Positions 26,595 to 40,500 of a stretch of 64,000 bases of DNA are shown here, one piece after another. Source of the stretch: Chara braunii. Taxonomy: Eukaryota > Plantae > Charophyceae. How positions within the stretch are numbered: the stretch's first letter is position 1; every line of letters begins with the position of its first letter. Both the position numbers and the translations under genes were made by a program. A model generated the notes under the pieces. The model was not told the origin of the DNA and searched no databases. It saw nothing but the letters and a program-made list of their open reading frames with translations. The stretch is from contig BFEA01000025.1 of NCBI GenBank assembly GCA_003427395.1, positions 1,292,823 to 1,356,822 on the forward strand, in the 5' to 3' direction.

Positions 26595-27266
26595 CTGTAC
26601 AAATTTTACAAAACCAACAAAAAATGAAGCACAACCACCACCCAACAGGTGGAATTTAGTCTTCATCACAGGACCAACTAACAGCTGTCAGCTGCATGAA
26701 CACTACAACCAATCGATCCATCGATCACTCAATCAATCAATCAATCAATGGATTAAACGGTGTTGAAATACGTATGTATGTCTTCCATTTGATGCCGATG
26801 ATATCTTTTTTATTCATCACCAGGTCGCCGCACATCCCGAAGCCATACCGTAGAGTGAAGAGCGGGTCCCAGCAGATCCAAAAGATCGCGGTATTGGACG
26901 AAAGTTAGGCGAAAGTCACCCCTGGCAGACAGAGAGACAGAGGTGGCTAAGAAAAATGGGAGGGTGGCAGTGAGAAAGTCAGACGAAAGTTTAGATAGAC
27001 AGACAAAGAGACAGCAAAATCGAACACCGAGACAGACAGACAAAAACATCACACTTTCCGCCGACGTAAAGGGACAACAGAAAACGATTATCACGAGCTC
27101 AGAGAGAGACAGAGAGAGACAGAGAGTGACAGAGAGAGACAGAGAGAAAGAGAGAAAGAGAGAAAGAGAGAAAGAGCCTTTCCGCCGACTTAAAAGGACA
27201 ACAGAAAACGATTATCGCGAGCTCAGAGAGAGACAGAGAGAGAAAGAGAGAAAGAGAGAAAGAGAG

Positions 27267-27297
<31 letters not shown>

Positions 27298-27474
27298 GAA
27301 AGAGAGAAAGAGAGGTCGGAGCTAGGGCTTGAACAAGATCTGGCAAAGATCACGCCTTCCCAACAGAAAGAAGGATCGGGCATCGCGAACTGAAAACCAA
27401 ACCCTCCACAAGGCGCATTGGAATAAGACAAGAGAATGGACCAGGTGCATGCTTGTTCTAAGACAAAACTATAC

Positions 27475-27539
27475 CTCGCATTCGCCTTCCTCGACGCCGT
27501 TGATCAATAGTCTGACGCGATTGCGCTCCATCTCGCATC
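27475..27539 (-). CDS. Exon 3 ((G)CEMERNRVRLLINGVEEGECE)
   Basis: CACAG| acceptor, GAG|GTATAG donor, 65 nt, phase 1/0. Splicing yields KWTHIGCEMERNRVRLLING, a LamG-type W.H......V.L..NG motif. Confidence 0.85.
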
Positions 27540-27592
27540 CTGTGAGCAACGGAAATATACTTTACATCATCAATAACTATCACTTATTCAAC

Positions 27593-27664
<72 letters not shown>

Positions 27665-28110
27665 CTCTCTCTCTCTCTGTGCATGTGTAAACACATCCAT
27701 GTATAAACCTGTCCTTCCACTAAGAGAGTAATTCCCTTGGAGAAGAGCAAGTACAACTTTTTCATTTGATCGTAATACGATTGTTATGTGAATAGCGCAG
27801 TCTGCCTTGCCTCGTTTCCGCATCTGCGCTATTGAACCGAGTCGTCTTTGATTGGGCATTATTGTAGAACTTACGGTAATAATAGAATCACAAAACAAAA
27901 TTCAAATAGCCAAACAAGGAGCACAACGAGACAACCAGCTCTCGTTTCTCTTTGATGTTCTCAAGCCCGTTTCTCTTTTACGGTCTAACAATTGTATGAA
28001 CATCTCCATCAGAACGAATCAAGAGTGTTTTTTTTTTTTTTTTTTTTCCCTTCTCCCCGTTTTTTTTCGAAAGAAAACTCATTTCGCAAGCACTCATTTG
28101 CCCCCTCCCT

Positions 28111-28282
28111 CACCCTTATTTGAAAAGAAGACAGCCCTGTCAGTCCTGTCACCCTTATTTCAATTCTGTCACCCTTATTTCAATGCTGTCACCCTTATTT
28201 CAATGCTGTCACCCTTATTTGAAAAGAAGACAGCCCTGTAAGTGCTGTCACCCTTATTTCAATGCTGTCACCCTCATTTCAA
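28111..28282. repeat. 20-bp minisatellite (tgtcacccttatttcaatgc)
   Basis: About 7 direct copies with a higher-order duplication. Confidence 0.85.
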
Positions 28283-28559
28283 AAAGTATAGACGCCAGAG
28301 CAAGCCAAGCCAAGCCAAGACAACACACGGGAAAATCGAGCGAGCAACCCGCTCCTGATCGTCTTCACCTGAAGAGAACGCCCGGTCATTACGGCTGCAT
28401 TTAGACGGAATGTTGCTCCCAATACGGCTTTAATGACCGGGCGTTGTATTCGGCTGAAGACGGCAGCAGACGTTTGGATGTAAAACACAACCAACGTGAC
28501 AGAAGAAACCTTAGCGACTGCGGAGGCGAAAGAGAAGATTTGCGTCTCTCCTTCGTTAC

Positions 28560-28682
28560 CTATATGTGTCCACTTTTGCAGCGTGATATGACACTTGGAT
28601 GTGCACGTCTCCTTTCCCCTCCCAAGCGCATTCAGCACGATCCGATGGTCCACATCGAAGGACAAAAACGGGATGTTCCGAT
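28560..28682 (-). CDS. Exon 2 ((D)RNIPFLSFDVDHRIVLNALGRGKETCTSKCHITLQKWTHI)
   Basis: Branch-like GCTAAC, TTGCAG| acceptor, AG|GTAACG donor, 123 nt, phase 1/1. Confidence 0.82.
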
Positions 28683-30136
28683 CTGCAACCCAGCGTATCA
28701 AGACAACAGTTAGCAAGATAGAGCGACCGCACCTGTCAAATCATCAGGGCACAGCAATCAATCAATAACAACTCCTTTGAGCAGTCGGCGGTGAGTGCCC
28801 ACTGCCCACGCAAGCAGCAACAAATCAACCGTGCAAACGATCGCACCAACTGATCGGTAGATCGACTACTACTTATGTGATTCCATCGATCTTCCGATCA
28901 GTCAATTGTTACTAATTACAATAAAACACACCCGACCAAGAGAACGACCAAGCAGCAAGCGAGAGTGCGAGAGAGAGAGTGAGAGAGAGAGAGAGAGAGA
29001 GAATGGGTGGGAACGTGGCAGATAATGAAGACTTGAATGCGGCTGCAAGGTCGCATTCTAGTCTACTGACCGCCATATAGCCTGGACTGTCCTATTATCG
29101 GTTTCAGCCGCATTCTCGTCTTCATCGTCAGACATGTTCTTGAAGCCTCAGCTGCTAATCTTGGACAATTACTGTAACACGTTCCTTGCGTGCCGAAGAG
29201 CATTACGGGAGTATTAGGATCGTTCAGAACGGCACAAAAAAGTTGCGCTGAAGTTGAGGCATATGACGAAAATGTGGGGATCTGGAACCCTCAGATTCTA
29301 TATTCTTGGAAAATTCACACGTTCCTTGCCACGTCCGAAGAGCATTAATGTACCATTATGTTCATTATTCCTGTTTCCGTCGCTGTTCTATCACTCTTCA
29401 TGCGGAGAGGGTTATGCCCTGAGAGTGTGTATCAACGCTTGTACGAGAAATAGTCTATGGCCACTGGTCTTTTCACTAATCCCCTTGAGCCGGAAGGCGA
29501 GATATTGGGAGAAGCACCCTGAGGAGTGCCAGGACCGCGGGGAATTTGCGCGTTTCAACTGAGAACTGTACATATGCGTAGAAGAAACGATTTTTTTCAT
29601 CGATGCCTCCACGAGCAGCAGCAGTCTTTGCCCACTGTTTTTTCACTACTTTTTCTTCCTTCGTCAATATCTTGTTTGCTCTGGGTGGCGTGGCACGGTG
29701 GATGCGGGAGAGTGGTTGCCCCTTGATAAGCCTGGTGCGCAGCCAGGCGAAATGCGTCGAGGAATGTGCGCGTGGAGCTGACGGTCCGTGCAGGAACTGC
29801 AATGAACATCGTTGAGACATGGACGCACAGCGATTGGCCTTGCTGTTTCATTTCATTTCATTTCTTCAATATCTTCCTCTTGCGCGAAAAGAAATTCTCG
29901 ATCCCCAGAATCTTACTCATTTTAGACGTCACGCAGACTTATCCGCTTGCGCCAGAAGAAAAAAATTTAGTCTCGTATTAGCTATAGGTGCACATCCGAT
30001 CGGACACCTCGCTCCTACACGCCATAGCCATTACCAACGCCACGGTTATATGGCTGTGTACCTAAAACTGCAGCCAAAACNAAATTCGTATCGTACTATG
30101 CCTAGACGAATTGCGCGATGAACAACGTACCTCACC

Positions 30137-30387
30137 ACAGGATGGCTATAGCAAATCACAGGATAGCTATGGCCGACGACAGGATGGCTATGGCCGACGA
30201 CAGGATGGCTATGGCCGATGACAGGATGGCTATGGCGGCCGACATTAGGAACTTAACTACGGAATGGAACCAAGCACCTCCCTTTTCAAATCACACACAA
30301 AGACTCCACAGGAAAGCAGACGGCAACGCCATAGCCATCCTGTCGTCGGCCATAGCCATCCTGTGTGATTTGAAAAGGGAGGTGCTT
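30137..30387. repeat. 21-bp tandem array (5 units) plus inverted units inside a 26-bp TIR fold-back element
   Basis: acaggatggctatggccgacg units start at 30137, 30158, 30179, 30200 and 30221. Reverse-complement units lie at 30328-30364. TIR aagcacctcccttttcaaatcacaca at 30272-30297 and 30362-30387. Confidence 0.85.
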
Positions 30388-31310
30388 TCCGGATATAGAC
30401 AGAATGACAAGAGAGGCTGATCGGAGCAGCGAAAAGCAAATGCGGAAGCGCTTGATGATTAGCAGCGACGGCAACGGCAGAACTCACGCGCACGCTGAGT
30501 TGCAAAAAAAAAACATCCATCAATCCACCCACCCTCACCACGTAGATCATCATCCATCGCCGCTTCTGTGCCAGCCATTCTCGGATACGTCAACGGAAGA
30601 AAAAAAAAAAAAAAAAAAAAAAACGGAGCCCACGTGGCACACTTTAACGAATCTACTGCAACTCCGCTCTGAGCGGACAACCGATTCATCGCAGTTCCGT
30701 TAAGGATAAACAAAGGAAGGGACGAAAAACTGACAAAGAAAGGAACGAACACAACAGAGCAGAAAGCTTCCAAAAAAAAAAAAAAAAAGGAGCAAAAAGC
30801 AAAAGAAAAGAACGAAGTGCAGCCAATTCAACAGCTCTACGGAGATCTCACGCAGCAGCACTGGCCCTACCGACGACCAGTTTAACGTCCTGCTTGTTGG
30901 AACGGAGCAAGAGAGGTGATGATGGGACCGACCGCTCTCCTCCTCAAGCTCGCGTTCGACAATCTCAATCAAATGACCAAGGGCAACCTGATCGTCTCAC
31001 GAACACGTGGTATGGATCGCAACCTCAACATCGCCTTTCTTCAACTAATTGCGTTGCCCCCCATCGCATGAATAACGAGAGTTGATTGGCATCCCACTAC
31101 ATCCTCCATCGATTATGCATCTGTTTGTGTTGTATTTGCTTGCTTGCTTGATTGATTGATTGGTTGATTGATTGATTGATTGATTGATCGATTGACTGAT
31201 TGATTGATTCATTGATTGATCCCAATACATCATCCGTCGATTACGCATCTGTTTGTTTGCTTGATCGATGGATGGATGGATGGATGGATGGATGGATGGA
31301 TTGATGGATG

Positions 31311-31353
<43 letters not shown>

Positions 31354-32072
31354 CTACTGATTGATCGACTGCCGACTTCTTGTTTGTTTTCATGCTCGTT
31401 CCCATACACCGTCCCTGTTCTCCATCATCTAATGTTTTTTTTTTTTTTTTTTCCACGGCTAGGAGGACGTCCAGTTGGCTGCTTGATTTACTGTGGTTAA
31501 TCCATTTACTTCTTTTGGCGCAGTAAGTAGCTCTACAATTTTCGCCGTCTCGGTTTGGGCAACGAGAACCCAGAGCAACTGCCCAGACCACGCAGCAAGT
31601 AGCGTGGCCAGGCGTTGCTCGGTTCGCTAACCACGTCAGGGCTAATAAGAACATGGCATATAATTCATCGAGGCTTCAATCAGGCAACAGCGTTGAAGTT
31701 CGGACGCGTTGCACCAAGAAATTACTGAACCCTCTTTCTAGTTGGGGTCTCCACCCCCTCCGATCCTATCCCGCTGGTCCCTACTTCGTTCGGCAAAATC
31801 GTTTGGAAAGGACCTCGTTACTGAGGAGAGCTTGTGCGAAACTAGCCGTTGAGCTTTTACTCGTGGCCACCGGCAGCCATCGAGCACGACCTCCCCTCCC
31901 CTCCCCTCCCCTCCCCTCCCCTCCCCCACCCTACCGTTAGCTACTGCTTCCTCGGCTGTTTGTGGTTCGCGCAATTTCCATTCTTGTCTTTCTTTACAGA
32001 TAGAGAGCCGTTGTGAGAGCCTTTCTCTCTCTCAGGCAAACGGATCCAAACCAAAGGCAACCGACAGCTTCA

Positions 32073-32114
<42 letters not shown>

Positions 32115-33039
32115 CTTTTTTTTTTTTTTTTTCCCAACACCCCCCCCTTTTACACCACCCCTTTTTTTTATAACTACAACGGCCCCGTCTTTTTTTTTTT
32201 TTTTTTTTTTTTTTAATCTTGTGANNNNNNNNNNNNNNNTTTTTTTACATCTCGTCATTCTCATTGCCATCGACACCGCCATTGTCAACATCACCGTTTC
32301 TGATCAGTACTACGTACGCGATCTCTTTTTCTCTTTTTTTCCTTTGTTTTTTTTCTCATCCTCCACAGTTTCTTTACTCCGCCTTCTGAGAAGATTGCAT
32401 AACCAATGCGCGCGTCAAACTTGGCTCAGGAAACGCCATATACCCGAGTGCTTCCCAGTTCTTACTAAATCGCTCCACCAATCACTCAAAAGCCTATACC
32501 TTCCATTCCGTTCACACTAAGCATAACATGTCTGTATCCGTTGAAAAGGGAAAAAGAGAAAGGAAAACAGAGTAATTTAAACAAGGGCTAATCAATCGTC
32601 TATACTACAATCGAAAAAAAAAAACATCACAAAAGAGAACAAGAAATAGGAGAAGCGCTTACAGTCTAGACTTCCAAAATAGCCAAGTCCCTATACCGTC
32701 AGTCATCCGCACTCAAGAGTCAAGGCAGAGTCACTCCACTTAACCAACAAGTAGGGTAATGAGCAAGATACATAAATCGAAATTGAGGGGGCATACAAAA
32801 AAAAAGACAGAAAATACTGGCATCTACCTCCGCCCCTTCCCCCCCATCCCCCTCCCTCCCCCTCCCTTCTTCGAGTAATTCATCCGACTATCGCAAAAAC
32901 CACTCCTATAAAAGAAGGACGTAGAAGCCGTAAGAGCCAATCCATTTTGGGTCTCTCTCTCCCCTTTCAATCATGCAATTTTCTACTCGAGCACGCATCA
33001 AGAAGGAAGCCGTGCTAATTCATACCATCAGCTCTCTCT

Positions 33040-33116
<77 letters not shown>

Positions 33117-33299
33117 GGGGGGGGGGGGGTAGTATACAATACAGAGAGAAGACAGACATATGCGAACATAACCACAGAGGGATGTCGACATAAATAGGAA
33201 GATAGAGGGAACGAGGAAGAGACAGTGGGAGAGAAGGAGAGGCAAGCATAGAGAGAGAACCAGCAAGAAGGGTAGACATAGGTACACAGAGAGAGACAA

Positions 33300-33332
<33 letters not shown>

Positions 33333-33517
33333 AAAAGAGAAGCATGACGATGTGGGGATGACAACGGCCAATAGTCCACGGGATGCGAGGGAGTAAGGGC
33401 GGAAAAGCAGAGAAGAGGGGGGGGCGCCAATCGCAGGGAAGCCATTGGGAGGTTGGGGAAGGAGAGGGTCGCAAAGGGGGCAACGGAGGCGGAGGGATGA
33501 GACAAGTGGTAACGGAC

Positions 33518-33923
33518 CTGCGCCGCTGAAGACAAGTGGTCCAGGCTTAGTTCCTTTCGTGGGAAACACCCACAAGGAGAACGAAGCCGTCGCCTGACTG
33601 ATCGCGCTGTGAATCGACGGCAACATGCTTGATGCCGCTGCCGCAAGCGCCAGGGAAGATGGAAACATCTTGTGCTGTAACGACAAGTACAGATTCCCGA
33701 GCGTGCTGTACTCATCATCATCTTTCCCACTAGCAACCCTTCGACCTTCTACACCCCCTGCGCTAGATGTTTGCTGCACCACATTTGCTCCCCCCTGCTG
33801 CTGCTGTGCCTGCTCTGCTGCCCTTAGATCTCCCATAGTCTGTTGCTGATTCATTGAACTCGTCATTTGTTGCTGACTCTGCTGCTGCTGCTGCTGCTGC
33901 TGATGGTAATCTATCACCTGAAA

Positions 33924-33956
<33 letters not shown>

Positions 33957-34025
33957 TTGATGCGACAGCATTTGCTGTTGCTGCTTTTGCTGTGGCTGCT
34001 GCTGACCTTCCTCTAGTCTGTTCAT
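33518..34025 (-). CDS. Coding exon 1 of a polyQ + LamG/ConA-like protein related to plant STAT-like SH2 proteins (SHA/SHB N-terminal region)
   Basis: ATG at 34025 (MNRLEEGQQQ...), mixed CAG/CAA polyQ, then ASFSLWVFP (LamG-type F+...W strand). Donor CAG|GTCCGT, phase 1, compatible with exon 2. Confidence 0.75.
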
Positions 34026-34907
34026 TCTCTCACGATGGGGCAAAGGATATATTACACTCTTTGAAATGGAGAATAACGCCAGAACAAAAGACAAAAAGGG
34101 CAAAGGAACACAGATGGCTCTGCACCCACTGAAGCCTTCTCTGGCCTACTGATTTGCTCCCCCGCCTTCTCCTCTCCTCTTCCCCTTCTCAGCCTTTCTC
34201 TATTGAATTGCTCAAATCCCGACGACGTTAGCTCTTCGCCACTGCCGCAAGAAAAAACGCTCAGAACTCGTCGTGCTCCTGCCAACCACAGCACGCACGA
34301 AGCCCTACACCTATCCGCGAAGCAGTTATACAACGACCACCTCTCCCATCACCAAAAACCTCTCAAAGAGCTCCCCCCAACTGTTCGATTACCATTCCTC
34401 ATATCCCCAACACCATCGGCAGCCCCAGAGTGAGTGGACGCCAGTCCAAGACCCGGCGCAGCAACGGTTAGCGGATCGTACAGATGATGAGACCTGGAAA
34501 ATGTGGCCGTTTTCGTTTTCGGCGCGCTTTTCGAGAAGACGAGGGCGATCAAAAGTTCACGCAAGGCAACTCAGAGAGCGATCAAAGGAGGCCGCTGCAG
34601 AGAGCATCCACCACCTTTGCCTTTCTCTCTTTCACAGCGCAAACATCGTCGTCAGGTTAACCGCATGTGTGTTCGACTGCTGCTGTTCTGCAAGAGCCAA
34701 TTGAGCACAAAAGCAGAGGAGGAGGAGGAGGAGGAGGGGGAGGGGGAGGAGGAGGAGGAGGAAGTGGAAGGAGGGGGGTGTAAGAGGAGATGGATAGTAA
34801 CGAGCGCAGGGAAATAACTACAGCGGCCAAGTGAAAAGGAGGAGGAAAGGAAACGAATCACTAGCACAAGGTTCCCTTCTTCAGATGATCACGCGGGTTG
34901 CTCACAA

Positions 34908-34938
<31 letters not shown>

Positions 34939-35093
34939 AAGATGATGATGACAGTAATCGTGGTGAAGCGAATTGAGTATATATGATGACGGGCACTAAT
35001 GGTGCTGACAAAAATTTATTTGGGTGAGAGATGAAAGAAAGATGGCAGCGGATTGAAGCTCCTCATAAAAAGATAGGAGACAGAAAAAGAGAG

Positions 35094-35134
<41 letters not shown>

Positions 35135-35363
35135 GAGGGACTACGTCGATGAGACAAACTCCGACCAATGGATCGGCGCATGCAAAATCAACTGTCGTTG
35201 ATTATTGACGACGACGCGATGGAGGGACGTTCGTTCAGAAAACCCCACACAGCCAAACCCGAGGCCAATATACCCCCTCAAGTGCTTCCGATGCAGCTCC
35301 TGCGTCTTGCACCCCCTCTTAGAGAGCAATTGAGTACACTTACTACTAACCTGTATGGAATAA

Positions 35364-35434
<71 letters not shown>

Positions 35435-35435
35435 N

Positions 35436-35529
<94 letters not shown>

Positions 35530-37440
35530 AGGCACACACACAATCGATCAATCAAATGGTAGCAAATACTTCTGCCCCTCGAGAGGGGGAAACAAAGAAA
35601 GAGAAGATGATGACAGGGCAGGGGGGGCAGCGTCTATGTCGACATGAGGTCGAAGGAGGATCGCGCTAGTAGACACCGCGTGAATTGTGGATCTTCCCGG
35701 CTCGAAGGGGGCCGGCTATGGTTGCCTACCCTCCTCTTCCCCACGGAGAAAGCAAAGCACATGCGGAGGGAGAGGTGTCTGCAGATTCAAACAAAGGAAA
35801 AAAAACGGTATCCTGGGTCACATACGGAGATCCGTCGTGATGCGCACGCTCCGCACTGAGCAGGAAGACGACAAGCAATCCACTACCGGCACAAAAGGAC
35901 GCAGAATTCACTGCGAATCTTCTTTCTTTCTTTCGCCTACACAGTCATCATTAACTCCAGAGCTTATCCAGAATGAATGATAGGCAAAGGCGGGCGTTTC
36001 GCTCGTCCGAGCGGAGCGGAGCGGAGCGGAGTGTCAGATTGAAACTACTTGGAAGCTGGCTGGCTTGAAGAGAGCAAGGACAGTCAGATAGAGCTGAACG
36101 GGTTGTTGCTGTGGGGCATGTGAGATTCAAGTGCTCTGAGCGGCCGATCGTGTGTCAGGCGTGCGTACGTGCGTCCGTGAGTGCGTGGAAGAAGCGGAGC
36201 AAATCCGTCTGCCACGATCGCCACGAAAGGGGCGGCAAGAGTTATGGAGATCGAGCCAGCTGATGATGAGGCGACATGAGCTGTCATGAAAGCGATAGCC
36301 AAGATGAACAGGAGGGAGGCAAGGAGAGGGAGGAAGGGAGGGAGGGAGAAAGGGAGGGCACCTATCTTCCAGAAGAGAAAAAGATGACTCCCTTAAGCAA
36401 CAGCTAGCCAAAAGACACTTGCGGCTGCTGCGCCGCCAGCCTCGCGGAGGCGATCACACTGCAGTCGAGCAGCAATCACCGATCTATTGGAACTACCTAG
36501 CTTCTGAAGGGAGCGAAATACGACGCCTTCAACGCGGCCAGGACAGGCACCACTTTCGTGGGAGTACAGTCTGTCAGATGCGTCTGGCTCCGTGCGTGAA
36601 TGCGACTGTGTGTGCGTGTGTGTGTGTGTGTGTTTGGCAGAGAAGGGAGGGGGGGAAGGGGAAGGGGAAGGGGAAGAGTCCGGGTGTGTATGATAGTTGT
36701 GATATGTTAATTGCAAGCCCGTGGTAGAATCGGCGCTTTCTACTACCGGATGTGATTAGTGAGGCGAAAAGAGAGGAGGCAGGCAGTCGAGCGTGATGGG
36801 AAAGCGCGGGGAGAATAGCAAAGAAACCTGGACGCCACACGACGCGAGCCCGCCTCTCGAAATTCTGCTCGAAACGGGGAAGAGACCAAAGCGATGAGAG
36901 AGAAGGAGAGACAGGAGGGGGAGGGAGGGAGGGAGGGAAAGGACAGAAAAGAGAGCTGGAGAGGAGAGAAAGAAGCAGCAAACGTTTAATTAATCCAGGT
37001 CAATTGCCGACTAACTACTGGCGTAGTCGATCGAAAATGGACGAGTGGCTGTATATGGATATCTCGCGCGCTTTCGGGCACACTTCCCTCCGACTACACC
37101 GCTACCTTTCCTTCCCAGTAATCACTCACTTTTTTCGTCTATCCATTTCTCCTCCTCTCTGTCATATCCCACGCCTCCTCTCCTCTTTCCTCCTCTTTTC
37201 TCCTCTTTTCTCCTCTTTTCTCCTCTTTTCTCCTCTTTTCTGTGAGAGCAACTGACAGGGCTTCGCTCAAAATCTATCTAATTCTCTTCTCGGTATCCTA
37301 TTTTTTGCACGTTTCGCTCCGTTCGCCACGGGTAGCCGTCGTGTAGCTTCATCACCACCAATCACCGTAACTTACCTCGAAATGGGTGGGCAGCGATTGC
37401 GTCAGACGGCCAGCAATACCACCTCCCCCCTCTCCCAACG

Positions 37441-37513
<73 letters not shown>

Positions 37514-40500
37514 TATCTATCTATCTATCTCGGTGTGTCTCCTTTCGGAGTCTGCACATAGTGCTCCGTCTTCTACTCGCACATTTCCAGCTGCGGCTTC
37601 TGTTACCTCCCGTTTTGCTAAATCGCTTAGCAATCCCGAGATAGCCACCTCTTCCGCCCTTTGCCTTTCTCTTCTTCTCTCGCTCCCTCCGCCCCCATTC
37701 CCTCCCTCTTCTCCTCCTCGTCCTCCTTCGATTAGACAGACAGGCAACGTCGATCCTCCCTCCTTCGGCGGGTTCTCTGCCGTCGCGACTCAGTCCGTCC
37801 CGCTTCTACTCTCTACAGCGCAGGTGTCCTATCCGGGGGTTGGTTACTCCACGCACCCGGTCCCGCTCACTGGCTCTCTCTCTCTTTCTTTCCAAAGTTA
37901 GCATGCTGCATGAAGCGCATGAGGACAACGAATCACTCGTCATTCCCGCTGTGCATGGCAATCGCCCATCGCGGCATCGCAATAGCTTGCGAAGGCATGC
38001 TGCCATTCAATCAAAAGCTGGGATACAGTACGTCGTCGGCCACTCGAATCACGTAGGAGTTCGCTTGTACGCGTGATGATGAATCGATCCAGCTCCCGGC
38101 TCTACGTCTCAATCTACTACCTCCGCTCTCTTTCTCTCTCATCCTCCGATCCCACTCTCACAGCGGAAGAATATACTACTTTCTACTTTCTAGGGAAGGC
38201 ACGCCAGCCGGCAGTTAGGCCGGCCAGCCATATGGACGGACGTGCTAAGGTCGTCGTACTATGGGCCTCCCTACCAGATCGATGGAGCGTCCTTGTCCTC
38301 CGCAGATCCGAGGCCTAGGTATCCCACAAGACGCTTGAAAAACTCGCAACAGACACACACAGCAATGCTCGCTCTCCCCTCCCTCCTCTTCTCTCGCACC
38401 TAAGCACCCTTGCTTGGACTCATTGTTTTACGGATGATGTTCCCGGTATCACCGCCAAGCAAGCCTATTCTATTCTCTGCCGACCTGCTTCTTCTCCCTT
38501 TTCTTGTCTACTACTACTCCCGGCTTCCCGTCCACACCCCAGTCCATTCTGTTCCGCTCACCCCCAAACTCACACACTTTCCCGCTCCTCTCAGAATACC
38601 TGTGCTTGCTTGCTTGCTGGCTGGCTTAGCTCGGGGCCCCCTCACCATCCCCGCTCCGCTGGCCCGTCCCCTCCTCGCCCAAGCCGACACCCTTTTCCAC
38701 CAAACTCTACTCCCATCAAACTATACCACCCAACCCACCCCCAACCCCCCACCCCTTCCGCCCCCGCCCGTTCCCGCTCTTTCCCTTCCCCTGTGTCCCC
38801 GTCCACATTCACCTCCCCTCCTCCCACTTATCTATACCCTCCCTCTACGCCCTGGGGCTGGTGCAATTACTGCCAGCCGGAGTCGGCCGACTCTCGCTCC
38901 CAAGGCGGGCGCTCGCTCGCTCGCTCGCTCGCCCGCCTCCTCTCGGACTTTCCGAGACAGCCAACTATTATCGCCCGCTGTCCACGGCGGAGGTGAACCT
39001 ATTTATCGTGCGTTCCAAAGGCCCCGGATTGGAGAGATCCATTGTACGAGGGGAATATCTAATTACGGCAAATTTGAGGTCGGGACGGGAAACAACAGCA
39101 CCCAGTTCAAGGGAGGGTATAGTGAGAGAACACTAGGAAGGAAATTAGTTAAGTAAAGTAATACAGAAAGCAGACGAGGGAGGTGGGAGGAAGACCCGGG
39201 CGGAGGGCGGGGAGCAAGGGACAGCAGCAGCGAGAGAGCCGGAGCAGACAGAGGGTACGTACGTACGTACGCTCGTTTTGAGAATTTCTTGGAATTGTAA
39301 TGGGCTAAGGGAAAGCATCGTCCCCGGCAGTGTTCTGCTACTCTACTACATACGATTGCTAATCCATCTTCCTGGATGGGTTGGGACACACCGCTGGATG
39401 GAAGCAGGATGATGACTGAAGGGGTGGGTGGGGCTCGGTAGGTGCTGCTCCCCTTTTCTTGAATCCCCTCGTCTCCTCTTCTTGTGTGGCAATTAGAAAA
39501 GCAAACTTAGGCAACCATCTGAAAGGCCAGTGGTGTGAGTGAATCTCTGCTGGCACTCTGGCACGTCTATGATCCTATCGTAGCACCTACGGTAGCCGAC
39601 GGCAGAGCCTGCACCAGGACGTGCGACCAAGTCCCACGCACTGCCTCCTGCCTGCCACACAGCCAGCCAGGCAGGCAGCAACGCCAGCTTTCTCTGCCCA
39701 CGAAGTAATTTGCGGGTCGCTCCGCCCGCAAGCTCCCTCCACTCTCACGTACTTGACACTCCCCCCGCGTTCTTTGGATTCTCCTGCTTAACTCTTCCAC
39801 CCACCCCCCGTCCGTCCATCCTAACAATTTTTTGCCACATATCGCTACTGTAGCTGCACCCGCTAACTAGCTGGCCTGTGAACTTCATAAACTTCATATC
39901 CCGCCCCCTTCCTCTCTCCCTCCCCCTCCCCCTCCCTCCTGCCTTCCACCCTCTCGCTCTGCAACTGCGCACTAACAACAAGCCAAGCACAGCAAACCGA
40001 CACACACACCAGCATTAGCTCCGAGTGTTTGCGCTTCGCGTTACTTCGACTCGTTTTCTCGTTTTGTTTTGTCTTTGCTTTAGCTCGCCTTGTTTTGGAT
40101 TTGCTTTCCTTTGCTTTCCTTTGCTTTCCTTTGCTTTGCTTTGCGTGGGTTTGCCTGTGCTAGGTTGCTTGCGGGCGGCGACCACTGCCTGCAGCCGTCC
40201 GATCATGCCTAAATTTCCGATCCTCTGTCCATTCGCCCATTCATTTCTATCAGCTGAGCAATCCCGCTCCCTCTCTCCCTCTTTCTAATTTGTCTCTTTC
40301 TCCCTCTTTCTAATTTGTCTCGCTCTCCCTCGCTCGCGTAACACAGACAAAAAGTAAACACTCGCATGCAGCAAACACGACGCCCTCCTCATCCACCCGC
40401 CTGTCCAGCGTACCTCGGGTTTGCGGCCGGCGGGCGGGCTCTTCCCTCGTTTCGTTTCAAATCCGTCCGCAGCTAAATAAACAACAAAGAGACGGCGAGG

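Noticed and set aside
26849-26921. Possible extra exon GDFRLTFVQYRDLLDLLGPALHST with AG/GT ends
   Set aside because: It needs a phase-2 entry but the upstream exon ends in phase 0, which gives an immediate TGA. Exons 3 and 4 join well without it.
27709-27828. Possible cassette exon AQMRKRGKADC...SGRT
   Set aside because: It is phase-compatible but would split the conserved KWTHI-GCE motif, and the donor is weak.
33015-33517. 3' part of the 362-aa ORF in the track
   Set aside because: It is read-through into an intron made of CT/CA/GA microsatellites.
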